Of a stretch of DNA of 46,351 bases, positions 26,198 to 36,868 are shown piece after piece. This DNA is from Lenisia limosa. Lineage: Eukaryota > Protista > Breviatea. Each line of letters starts with the position of its first letter. Within the stretch, counting starts at the first letter, position 1. The DNA lies in contig LPNZ01010410.1 in assembly GCA_001655205.1 (NCBI GenBank), positions 1-46,351 on the forward strand, written 5' to 3'. The position numbers and the translations under genes were made by a program. The notes beneath the pieces are model-generated. The model made no database searches and was not told where the DNA came from. It worked only from the letters and a program-made list of their open reading frames with translations.

Positions 26198-26280
26198 AGG
26201 TCATATCATCTGGCCTAAGCACACCATCACGCTAATAGGAGATATTGGTTATTGGATTAAATAAAATACCCAATCTCGAA
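26198..26280 (-). ncRNA. Family A element, diverged copy 3
   Basis: GATTGGGT...CCAATATCTCCTATTAGCGTGATGGTGTGCTTAGGCCAGATG...CCT followed by TTTTTTT. It lies between the secreted-protein gene and the MLO-like ATG, in the same orientation as both. Confidence 0.5.
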
Positions 26281-26619
26281 CTCATAGGATGTAATTCGGA
26301 CAACTTGGGGCAGATTTGGGGACAATATGAAAACTAATTCAGCCCAAATTCAATAACATTATGTAATTTAGCGAGAACAATGCGCCCCCCCCCTGAGTCA
26401 TGTTCCTGATCCATTTTTTCAAACAAGCCTTAGTGTCTTAGCCTCTAAAGTTTGTGTTTGTTTCAGCTACTGAACGGATCCATTGTGGGTGTTCTTGAAC
26501 CTGTGGTGATCATAAAAATAGGACATCTGCAATTAATTTTGAAATTAATTTTGGAATCTCAAGTGGAAATCTTTTGAAGCGAGAATGCAGGTAGTAATTT
26601 TTGAAGAGTCCTAGTACAA

Positions 26620-28717
26620 ACTCATCCATACTCTCTTGAAGCAATACAACCGAAGATTAAAAAAAGCCCAGCCCGGCCAACCTTAGGCTCAAATCCCTTG
26701 GCTGAGCTCCAGCCGAAATACTTATCGCCAGGAACGAAGAGAGCCTCATCATTAATCTTATCAACGACTTTGGTGTCTCTTTGCATGGGTCTGAAGTTGT
26801 CAGCCATAGTAAAGAGCACAATAAAAAAAAGTGGTTTTCCAATATCCAAATTGGTGAATAAAAAGATGACGTCGCCCACCCGAAGACAAGGGAGCCATCC
26901 TTCAAGTTGATCAAATTGGCAGAGCCTGACACATCAAGAACAAGTTCAGCAGCAGCGGAGGTTTCGGTCACTGTGAAGCGCTGGGCAGTTAATAATGGAC
27001 AAGGCCCCTAAAAATAATAAGGTAGAAGCCCCACGAAGATGTAACCGTAACAGTAGCCAAAAATTTGATTTCCTTCAATGGAATTGCCCGTGCCATAGCA
27101 GGCTGGAACTTCCATCTCTCCGTAATACCTGAACTGTTATTGTCTGACAGGAAAGTATCTTACACTTCTTGTCCAGTTTTAAGGTCCACAACAGCAAAGA
27201 AGGAGTGATGGGCTGACTCCTGAATGTGAATGAAAAAGGACGATACCAATTTTAATTGTCATACCCCACATCCTTGATGAGGGTTCTGCACGCTTTCCTG
27301 ATAGTAATCCACCCACATCAGAATCACTGCAGAGTAGAAGGGCAAAGTGGTCGACCACATATCCAGTTGACATCACACAGTTTTTCTCGTTGAAAGAAGG
27401 GTTGATCTGATAGTTACGTGCTAAAAGACAACCTAAAAGACAACATGACAGCTGTCCACGCCGTCTCATTACATGTAGATATATTCCTCCTAGGTCTCAT
27501 CCCCAAATACCACTTCCTCCCAAAACCATTTGTCGGTATTGAGGGTTGACAACGTATAGGCAGTGCGATCGTGATTGAAACCCCATGCCTGGTAAATTAG
27601 CGAAAATATAATTTAATGGAAGTCATCCTTTCCCACCCAGAATCTGTTTCCGCTTGAAAAGAATCGTGGGGCTTGGGAATACCATGAGCTAAAGAAAGCG
27701 GGAAGAGCCTTGGCTTTTTCTGGGACAGTTAATTTACATACTCAATAAATGTTCCTTAAAAAATGAAGAAAACTGATTTCTTTCTCATTTATATTTAAAA
27801 AAAAACAAAAAAAAAAAAGAGGTGAAATAATTAGAAGCATAATGTGATAAGAATTGGTATTTTCCAGAGAATGTACTTTTATTACCATCATGAATATTGA
27901 GAGTATTCCCAGCTACTCGTAAAGGCGTTGCAGATAATGCCATCTTCATGAGTTTCCATGAGGCTATCATAGAACATCACATCGCCAGCTTCAAAGTGAG
28001 GGGTTGGAAAAGGACTATGAAATGGTATGGTGAGGATAGATAAAGGATAGTAATGTAGCTTCGAGATATGCTGTTATCATTTCAATGTATGACGTTGATC
28101 ATACCATCAGTCACGACAACCCTCTCCATAGGGCCAGAAAACTGCCCATTTATGTCGCACTCAATTTTGAGCCACTCCCCATGGTTAAGTCTGCAAGTAA
28201 TCAACAAAAGAAGCAAGAAAACGGAGTAGCAATTGAAAGAGTTGAGTTAATCATACATGTAGAAGATAGGGTAATCAAGATTAACCCAGGGAACACTGTA
28301 GAGGGTTGAGTTTGACCCAGAGCCAGGAGCTATGGGAATTAGTCTCCTGTACGAAAAAGGCAGAATCCAGAGTAACAAACAAGTCAACTCGAGGAATCAT
28401 GAACAAACCTGAAGGACCAGATACAATGGAAAGGTAAGGGGCATCCATTGGCATGTGGGTCCATGATTGCATGTAGTTGTCATAATGGTACAACCTTGGT
28501 AGAATGATGAGTATTGTTGAAAGCAGTGATATGAATCGAGTTATGAGTTGTGCGTGACAAGGCAACCGAGGTCAAGCATGCAAGCAATCAACTCCTCTTA
28601 CGGAGCTGGTTGCGTGTCATTATAATAGTTCTGCTCAACAATGATGAAAAGCGATGGTGAAAAGGCTGATGAGACTGCGAACAGCACCCAGAGGCTGAAC
28701 ACCAAGAGGATTGTCAT
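26620..28717 (-). CDS. Secreted hypothetical protein (multi-exon; 3' end uncertain)
   Basis: Signal-like MTILLVFSLWVLFAVSSA. Exons include LNHGEWLKIECDINGQFSGPMERVVVTDG, YQAWGFNHDRTAYTLSTLNTDKWFW and EMEVPACYGTGNSIEGNQIFGYCY. No domain recognised. Confidence 0.55.
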
Positions 28718-28788
28718 TGCTCTGATCGGCGTGGGATGCTGTGTTTCAGAGCCAAACCCAAAAAATATCCAAATTAAGGCGTTTAGAG

Positions 28789-28818
28789 GAGGAGAGGGGA
28801 GGGGAGGGGAGGGGGGAG
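28789..28818 (+). repeat. (GGGGA)n purine tract upstream of the secreted gene ATG, in the divergent intergenic region
   Basis: ggagaggggaggggaggggagggggggag read directly. Confidence 0.8.
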
Positions 28819-29311
28819 ATGGTAGTGGGAGGTTCAAATTGGACAAAACAAGACAACAGGTTCTCCTCTTTCTTCTGTGTGCGTTTGTTGCTTAACAAGT
28901 GACAACAAACAAACCTTGTGGTTGCCTTGGCGGGATTATGTGAAAAGAAAAATGGGGACAAGCAAATTCCCCAAATTCCAACCATCCGCTTCCGCTTCCG
29001 CTTCCAAAGGCCCTAAAAGGAAACTCGCCATTCCCTCCTTCCCGTCCAACTCCCGTTCCTCATCTCCAACCTTTTTTGAACCGTGGTGTTATTTGTGAAT
29101 TTATTGAAGCTGTAGATATGTAAACAGGTATGACATATCTTCCATGTAAACCGCCTTGTATGTAAATTAATCCCTCCAGATGCATTACCATTGAACTCCC
29201 CGCGAAGACCAATCCAAATCATTAGGTGTTGCTAAATTGAAAAAAATAACTTTCTCATTTCTATATATAATTTGGTGAAAGAAAATCTTTTGTTTCTGAG
29301 TCCAGATTCAG

Positions 29312-30979
29312 ATGTCAATTAGACAAAGGTGGGTGGTTTTCATCACGTAACCAGCATCAGTTTCAAGAGGTTCAAGCATTCCTTGGTTCTAGTTGAAGCT
29401 TTCAAGAATGTTGTCGATACCACTTATTTGAAGACAATCACAGCTGCAAGTGGGTGCAAATACACACCACGATTTGACTTATGAACAATAACAAGCCAGG
29501 GAAACTTGATCAACCTATTGCCTGTGCAGTGATTTGTGATGGAACTGACGACTCGATTGCACAAGTGGGATTGGAAATATGCATTACATGATGTACAGGC
29601 TTATGATACGTAACTGTTTTGTGATGAAGAGATTCCCTCATTTGTAATGCTATTTCTTTAATCAGTGGTGAAAATTGAAGATGAGGTCTTGACGCAAACT
29701 TTCATTTTTCAATAGAAAATTGGCCGTACACAGGGGGTGACATCTGTTTACACCATTTCAACGAAGAACCATGTAACAAACAGACCAGAGGTTTGTTCTA
29801 TTAATAAAGGATCCAGCAATACGCTTACTGCTTAGGTCATTGTGCCCGGGCTTGAGGCAGTGATAGCAGACACAGGCGCATCTCATATCTTCGCTGCTGC
29901 TACAACTTCAGCAAAAGCTGCTTTACCCCGACTTGCCGGGATCCTGAACGTCCAACCAATCTCGGAAATTGTGGGAAAGTGATTATTATACTTGTAGCTT
30001 TATCACAGACATTTCAATTGTCAATTCACAGTGTAGACAGAGGTAATTGACGCTGACGAGTTTATTCGTCCCATCTATGCAGGGAATATCATCAGTCGTG
30101 TGCGGTCCAGTGAGGATATCAAAGTTAGCACTATTATATTGAGTCACTTTCAGGTTATCACTGTGCGAGCATCAACTTTTGAAACAAGTAGCTGTGAAGG
30201 AGGTTCTGCCATTTTCAAAGTACGACACGATTTCTTAGTTGTTACAGGATTGCAGCGTCTAATTAGTAGAAAGTCACAGTGGATCAGCCTGATTCGGCTT
30301 CGGAGCTCGTGGCTAAACACGAGAACAAAATTGACCGCCCATCACTGGTAACAGCAAAGGTATTGTCATTTCAATGTGACGTCATGTTCAGACCGTAGTG
30401 TCAGGAGGGAGAGGACTGAAGGACGAAGAAGGATTCAAACTCATCTACCAGCTTGCTGACAAACTTGGGGGTGCAGGTTGGTTATCGCAAATAAAGTGAA
30501 ATAATAAATAACCAAATGTCACCTTTTGACATCTGCCAACCGAATTAGTTGGAGCAACCCGGGCCGCAGTTGACAGCGGAATGTGCACCAACGACCTTCA
30601 AATCGGACAAACAGGAAAGGTATGATCATTGGGCTGCCCAAAGCATAACCAAGTTCATCAAAAAATGTCCACATGACCATCAGATTGTGGCGCCTGAGTT
30701 GTACATTGCCGTCGGCCTAAGTGGCGCAATACAGCACGTTGCTGGGATGAAGGAGTCCAAAACCGTTGTCGCCATCAATAAAGATCCCGAGGCCCCCATC
30801 TTCGAAATAGCTGATATCGGAATTGTGGGTTCGTGGACTAGTATTTCTCATCAACAAGTGAAATTATACTGCCAAATATCACATAATACTACTAATACAT
30901 ACTGAACAAGCCAGCTCACTTTCTTCAGGTTGGAGATGCATTCGAGGTCATCCCGGAGCTTCTTGAAAAACTGCCATGA
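29312..30979 (+). CDS. ETFA: Electron transfer flavoprotein subunit alpha
   Basis: [44 protein letters not shown] and [39 protein letters not shown] are canonical. Ends [12 protein letters not shown]. Confidence 0.96.
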
Positions 30980-31189
30980 ATTGTTAAGCGGGTAAAGACC
31001 ACAATAGGAAACAATGCATTTTATGTATTACATGTATTTGTGAATTTTGAATAACAAATGGCCACACTACAAAGGAAATCGAAAATTATAAGTTATATTG
31101 TAAAAAGGAGTTAGGAAACAAAAATCAGAAACGACACTGTAGACTATTTTTTAGGTTTTTTTTTTTTAATTTGAGGGTCGTTGGAAATT

Positions 31190-34100
31190 TCAGTGCTTCT
31201 TGTTGAGATGGGGGAACTCCTAAAAATGTCAGTTTAACAGGAAAGATAATTGACTCAAGTCCCTTTAAACAGAGATGTACCCACCTTGTCGGTCATGGCT
31301 GGCTGCTTGGGAAGGCTGCGGCCCTTCTTGTCGGACTTGGGGAAGTTGCTCATGTCTGGGAATTGGGCCATGATCTCAAGAAGGTCGGGACGGATGACAA
31401 GGGGGTTCTTGGACTGAAGCGTAAGGGGGAGGGGGGGATTCGGACACATCGGAAGTCATCATATACGAGTAGACAAACCTTTCTGTAGGTGAGGAAAGCC
31501 TTGAACTTCTCAATACCGTAGAGGCTTCCTTCGCGGTAGTCACTATGCCGTAAGGGGAGAAGGGAGAAGTAAAAAAAAAAAATAGCGTCAGAATGTGACT
31601 GCAGAAAAAAAGTTTGAAATAGTATTTTACTCTTTTGCCTAAATATGAGTGTGGTTTCGGCCATCACAATCCTGGGGTCTGGGCTAAGTAGCAAACCTGA
31701 CGGAAACTTCCATGAAGTCATCGAAAATCTCAGTACGGAAGTTCTTCTCAAGACCATAGGACATGAAGCGAAGAAGACACTCAACACCATAACTGTGGAG
31801 TCAGAAGCAAATGAACGGTCGAGAGAAGGCTGAAGCAAAATAACCTCAGATCAAAGATCGTCATCATTCGGCCAAAGCCGTTTGTGGTAGTAACGAAATA
31901 ATAAGAATCTTCACAGGCTGTCACAGTCACACCGTGTCCTCATACCGATACTCCTTGGCAGCGTCTTCCATAGCGAAGGTCTTGAACTCGTTGTACATTG
32001 TGCGGTTGTAGTTGTCACGGAGGAAGTGAGACCAGAAACGGAACAGAGTGTTCATTTCAGCGCTGCCAGCTCCAACACGCTTGCGCTCTAAACAAGTTAA
32101 GGAGATGAAGAAGAAAACAAGAAAAAGACCCGCCTCCCTCTTGACAGCTCAAATAAAGAAGCCAATCCTACCCTTGAGGCACTTGGCGCGGAATCTGTCG
32201 TAGAGCTGTTGCTGGAAGCCATGGTCACGCAGGAGAGCGTGGGAGGGATGTTCATGTCCAGGTGAGCCGGCAGCGGGGGATGAACCAAGTTTTGGTGACT
32301 CTGTTAGGCTCTACAATGGTGAGTGGCATGCACTGAAACGCAAGGGGTGAATAATCATGAGGCTTACGTGGGGAGCATGATGCGAATGAGGGTCCGGAGA
32401 CTTTCCAAGGAACCATCCAACGTGACTGTGGCCTGAACGCGTCAATCCAACCCATCTACAGATTTCTATAGAGCATAACAAACCTTCAAGAGAGCCGGCA
32501 GGAAGAGAGGAGCGATCACCACTACGTGCCGGGTACACTCGCTGCAGAGTTAGTTGGTGATTTCCAACAAGGGGCTAGGGGAACGCCACTTACAGGCTTG
32601 CTGATGTTAATGGCCTTAGAGCGCTTCTCCTTTTTCTTCTCCTCCTTCTTTTCAGGCTTCTCTCCCCTCATGGCAGAGACTTCGGCAGCAGTTCGGGTCT
32701 AAAAAATTCAAAAACGAAAAAAAACATCATTTTGAGTATTTCACTAATAAAAACAAACATTTTGGATTGGACCACTCTTACCGTAACAGAAGGCTGGTTC
32801 TGGAGACGATGGTCACTGTTGCGTCCGCGAGCCACATCACGTTCATAAGTGTAAAGTCCGTCGTTGATGGCGTCCATCATGTCATCGTTGACAGCCTTGC
32901 GGAAGACGGCCTTGCCTAATGCAGTCATTGGGATTGACCCTTTAGTTCGTAGTTAATGAAAGATAACCTTAGATCAAAGGTCGTCATCATTCGGCCAAAG
33001 CCGTTTGTGGTAGTAACGAAATAATAAGAAGCTTCAGAGGCTTTAAACATTTCACATAACAAAGACAAGCCCACATACCAGTACGGTCATGCTTGGGCTG
33101 AGTGAAAATCATAAGCTTGCGAACTTCATGGTCGGAGAAGTCCTCTTCGCTGTCCTCATCGTCCTACACTGTCATATCGACCAGATAATATTCTGAAGCA
33201 GAAAATCAAATAACCTCAGATTAAAGATCGTCATCATTCGGCCGAAGCCGTTTGTGGTAGTAACGAAATAATAAGAATCTTCACAGGCTCACAAATGATA
33301 CGCTTATAATAATGTATCTATTAATCGAAACGATTCAAAATAAATATATCATATAACATCACAAACCTTGAGAGTCATTTTGTCAAGCTTCTCCTGGGAA
33401 CGATCGAGCAGATCCTCATCAAAGGCGAACATGTCATCATCCTCATCGTCATGGGCAGCAGCAGCGGCAGGGGCGGGGACAGCCTTACGGGGAGGCTAAA
33501 TCCGTAAGGCATTCAAAAGAATATCAAAACAGTCAGCATTAAGAGCGCTCAGATGGGTTTGCTCACTAAACAGACCTTGGTCTTGGTAGCGGGCTGATGA
33601 TGAGACAAGGGGGAGGACTTGGAAAGGGAGGCCTTCTGCGGGCTTGAAGCACGACTGTTGGAACGGGGGCGGTTCTTGCGAGCCACCTTCCATTCGCCAC
33701 CGTCATCATCCTCAGCTAAGGGTTGTGAGTAACTGCTATCCAGAGGGAAACAAGAACGATTAACTGCCGCACCCCCTTACTGTTGTCGGGCGTGTCGATG
33801 GGCTTGGACTCGATCTTGACTTCCTCGGTCTTGGCATCTTCCTTGGGTTCAGCCTTAGGCTTTTCCGAAGTCTACGTCACTAATGAGACAACACCCATGT
33901 GATATGTGTATGCTAACGACCATGATTGCAGCTTACCTCCTCCTTCTTGGGAACAACTGAGACGGAGGGCTCGATAGTTGAGGGAGAGGCATTGCTGAGT
34001 ACCCATCTTAAGTGTCAAAGTCATCCAAACACAAACGAAGTTGCCAAGTTTGAAGGGTTAACCGCTCACCTTTCCCAGTCAGTCTTCAGCCTGAGGGCCT

Positions 34101-36438
34101 TCTGGTTTGGACAAACATCAACACAGTTAACACGGATGGCAGCCTCGTGAACTTGCTCATGAGTGAAGAGCTGGAAGGTCAGATGGGCTTGTTGAGAACA
34201 GCACAAACCTTAAGTCTTGGGAACACGCTGATGTCCTTGATGAGGATCCAGCCGGCAGCATCCATGAGGCGGCGGAAGTACATGTCGTGCCAGAGGTTGT
34301 CTTGGGAGAAGTAGAACGACCTTGAATGTGAACACAAGCTTCATCAGAAGATTGTTAATTCTACCCCCTCGCAGCCTACACTTGAGCAATGATGAACTGA
34401 CGGATCTCGCTTTTGGTAGTCAGACGAATGTTGACGACCTACATCGTTAAGCACCGAGACTTGTTCATTGTAAAACAAAAGAATAAATCTGATGTTATAC
34501 TGATATGTCATGACAAAAAAAAAAAAAAAAAAAANNNNNNNNNNNNNNNNNNNNNNNNNNNNNNNNNNNNNNNNNNNNNNNNNNNNNACATAAACAAAGA
34601 CACCCATGCTCACCTCTCCGAACTCATTGCGTGCCGGGACTTCGTACACCTGTCCAGCCTCCTCAGCCTGTGCATCGCTGTTGCTTCGGGCACCGCCGCG
34701 ACCGCCTCTACCGCGTCCGCGACCTACACCGTCAGAGGGGGGGGGGGATGATAACTAATACTAGATAACAAAACACTGTCTCACTTGTATAAAAATAATT
34801 CACCAAATCATGTTTCATTGACACAAGGAAACAGAATTTTTCTCTTAGGGGGCCATTGATTTGTATTTCCGGATAAAAATAGGTTAAAATATTTGATTTA
34901 CTATTTAAATTAGTGGCGGTGTTGGCGGCGATGTTTTCCTTGGTATTCATGATGGTTAAGAAGGAAAAAAGGTGGACCTGGGAGATGATAATACAAAAAC
35001 CGTTTATTGGAACAACTTTATTTGAATGAAATTTTATCTACCTCCTTGAGTAAAAAATTATTTATCAATCGCCCACTTAAATTTATTACCTAAACTTAAA
35101 TATAAAACTAAAATCAATCGCACCCTTAGAAGACCAAAGATCATGCTACAACATACCTCCACGTCCACGACCTCCGCGGCCGGCTGATCTTTCAGACTAA
35201 AAATGTCACAATACTATCATTCAAACGTAAGCCCAAAGTCCAGTGGAGCAACACAAGAAGCATCCGAACCCACGTCATCCTTCTTGTCAACGGGAACCAG
35301 GTTGAAGCCCACTTGTACGGGTTGCTCCTCCTTGATTGTCAAAGAAAGAACAATCATTATTGCATAGCTTCACATGAGACCCACCTTAGCGGTCTTCTTT
35401 CCCTTGGTCTTGCCGACCTTCGGCTTCTTGCTGTCCTTGGCCTCCTAAACAATGAGTCGACAACCCTCAAGAAGACCCAGAGAATGCCTTCGCACCTTTG
35501 GGGGATTGGCGAGAGAGGGCCAGTCGCCGGAAGCCTTGGCAGGGGCCGTGGCACCAGACTGGGGGGTAAATTCAATCCATGTGGCCATGTGGATGTTGGT
35601 CATTGCTTTGTGTTCAACAGGACTATTGGCCTCTACTCACCTTCGAAGTGTCCCATTTGCGGTTGGAGGGGGCCTCAGTGGGTTCTGACGCTGTCACCTC
35701 CTCCTTCTTTGCCTCGGCCTTAGGGGGAGACTTGGCTGCGGGAGCTGCAAGCGGTGAAATATGTCTTCCATTATTGTTTGCAGCTTGGAACAAATGTATA
35801 TAAAAGGAAGGAGCGATGGAAGAGGGGGAAAAGAGGAAAAGATTAGCCCATACCTTCGCCAGCTGATGACTCTGATCTTCCTCCACGTCCACCACGTCCT
35901 CTTCCTCGTCCACCACGTCCTCGAGCGGCTTCTTTCTTCTGATTGCGAACTTCGCTCTGTTTTTCAGTGTTTGAAATGGTCTTCTGACGCTGCTTTTCTT
36001 TTTCCTCGTGCTCCTTTTGTAAATTGGTGAGCTTCACCTCCTAAGAAGTGGGGTTAGCGTCATAGAAAGAGGAATACTTAAGGAATAAAGCCTGATAGGA
36101 GGAAGATATCCCCAAAACATAATATTACTCCTAAACTTATCAGCAAAAATGCCATTTAACATTAATAAAGAGATTGGCAACATGCACTCCTCGATTAAGA
36201 AAGCACACCTGCTTAATACTTATTTATTTGTACTAATAAACCTGAAAAGCAGGCAATACTACACAAACACCGTCAAGGAAGAAGAACATCAAAACGAATA
36301 TGGAAGAAAGACGCAATTACTGCCCAGTAATACCTCATCTTTAGAGTGCTTGGGCTCATAGACACTGGAAGGACGCTTCTTTCCCCATACAGAAACGGGG
36401 ACAGATTGATCTGATGGCTGAGCGCCAGCTTCACTCAT
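31190..36438 (-). CDS. LARP1: La-related protein 1 (La motif, RGG tracts, DM15 repeats)
   Basis: La motif [26 protein letters not shown]. Also [14 protein letters not shown], and DM15 segments [53 protein letters not shown] and [16 protein letters not shown] tracts at ~34690 and ~35870. Confidence 0.92.
31842..31919 (-). ncRNA. Box C/D snoRNA, copy a (LARP1 intron)
   Basis: Terminal stem AGCCT/AGGTT, box C GTGAAGA, C' ATGATGA, box D CTGA. Guide TTTCGTTACTACC is complementary to SSU rRNA GGUAGUGACGAAA. Sense orientation within the intron separating YR|YG codons. Confidence 0.8.
32965..33042 (-). ncRNA. Box C/D snoRNA, copy b with degenerate boxes (LARP1 intron)
   Basis: Same guide and stem as copy a, but box C reads CTGAAGC and box D reads CTAA. 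Confidence 0.65.
33212..33289 (-). ncRNA. Box C/D snoRNA, copy c (LARP1 intron)
   Basis: Near-identical to copy a, with boxes intact and an internal hairpin CGGC-TTCG-GCCG. Confidence 0.8.
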
Positions 36439-36868
36439 TGTGCTCTAATTACTTATAAGACAACTGTCTTCCTCCACTTAAGGGCTAGTTTCGCAAAAAA
36501 GCGTTCTGGAACAAATTATAAAAAATATTATACTTTACAAGCTACGGTTTTTAATTGTTAATAACGGATAATAATAGTATTCAACTGTAAATGTAAAGAG
36601 GACATTTTTTCCCAAGATTTTTTGAAATAGCAGCGGCTCGACAGAGCCATTGCACCTTTCCCCAAAATTGTCCTTGACGGTACCAGGTCTTTCCATCCAT
36701 CTCCCAGCTTTCTGTCTCCAAATTACATTAATTTATAAAACAGCAGCAAATCTTATTAATTTGTGTGGTGCATATTTTGTCATTGAAAGGCGGTCATTCT
36801 TCTTGATTGTGATTATTTGTTGCTGCACAAGATGTGAATTTTTCAGAGAACTTTTCCTATAAAACAAA

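Noticed and set aside
31842-33289. Three near-identical repeats as a CRISPR array or tandem repeat
   Set aside because: The context is eukaryotic, the 78-nt units are separated by LARP1 exons at irregular spacing, and there are no cas genes. The C/D boxes explain them.
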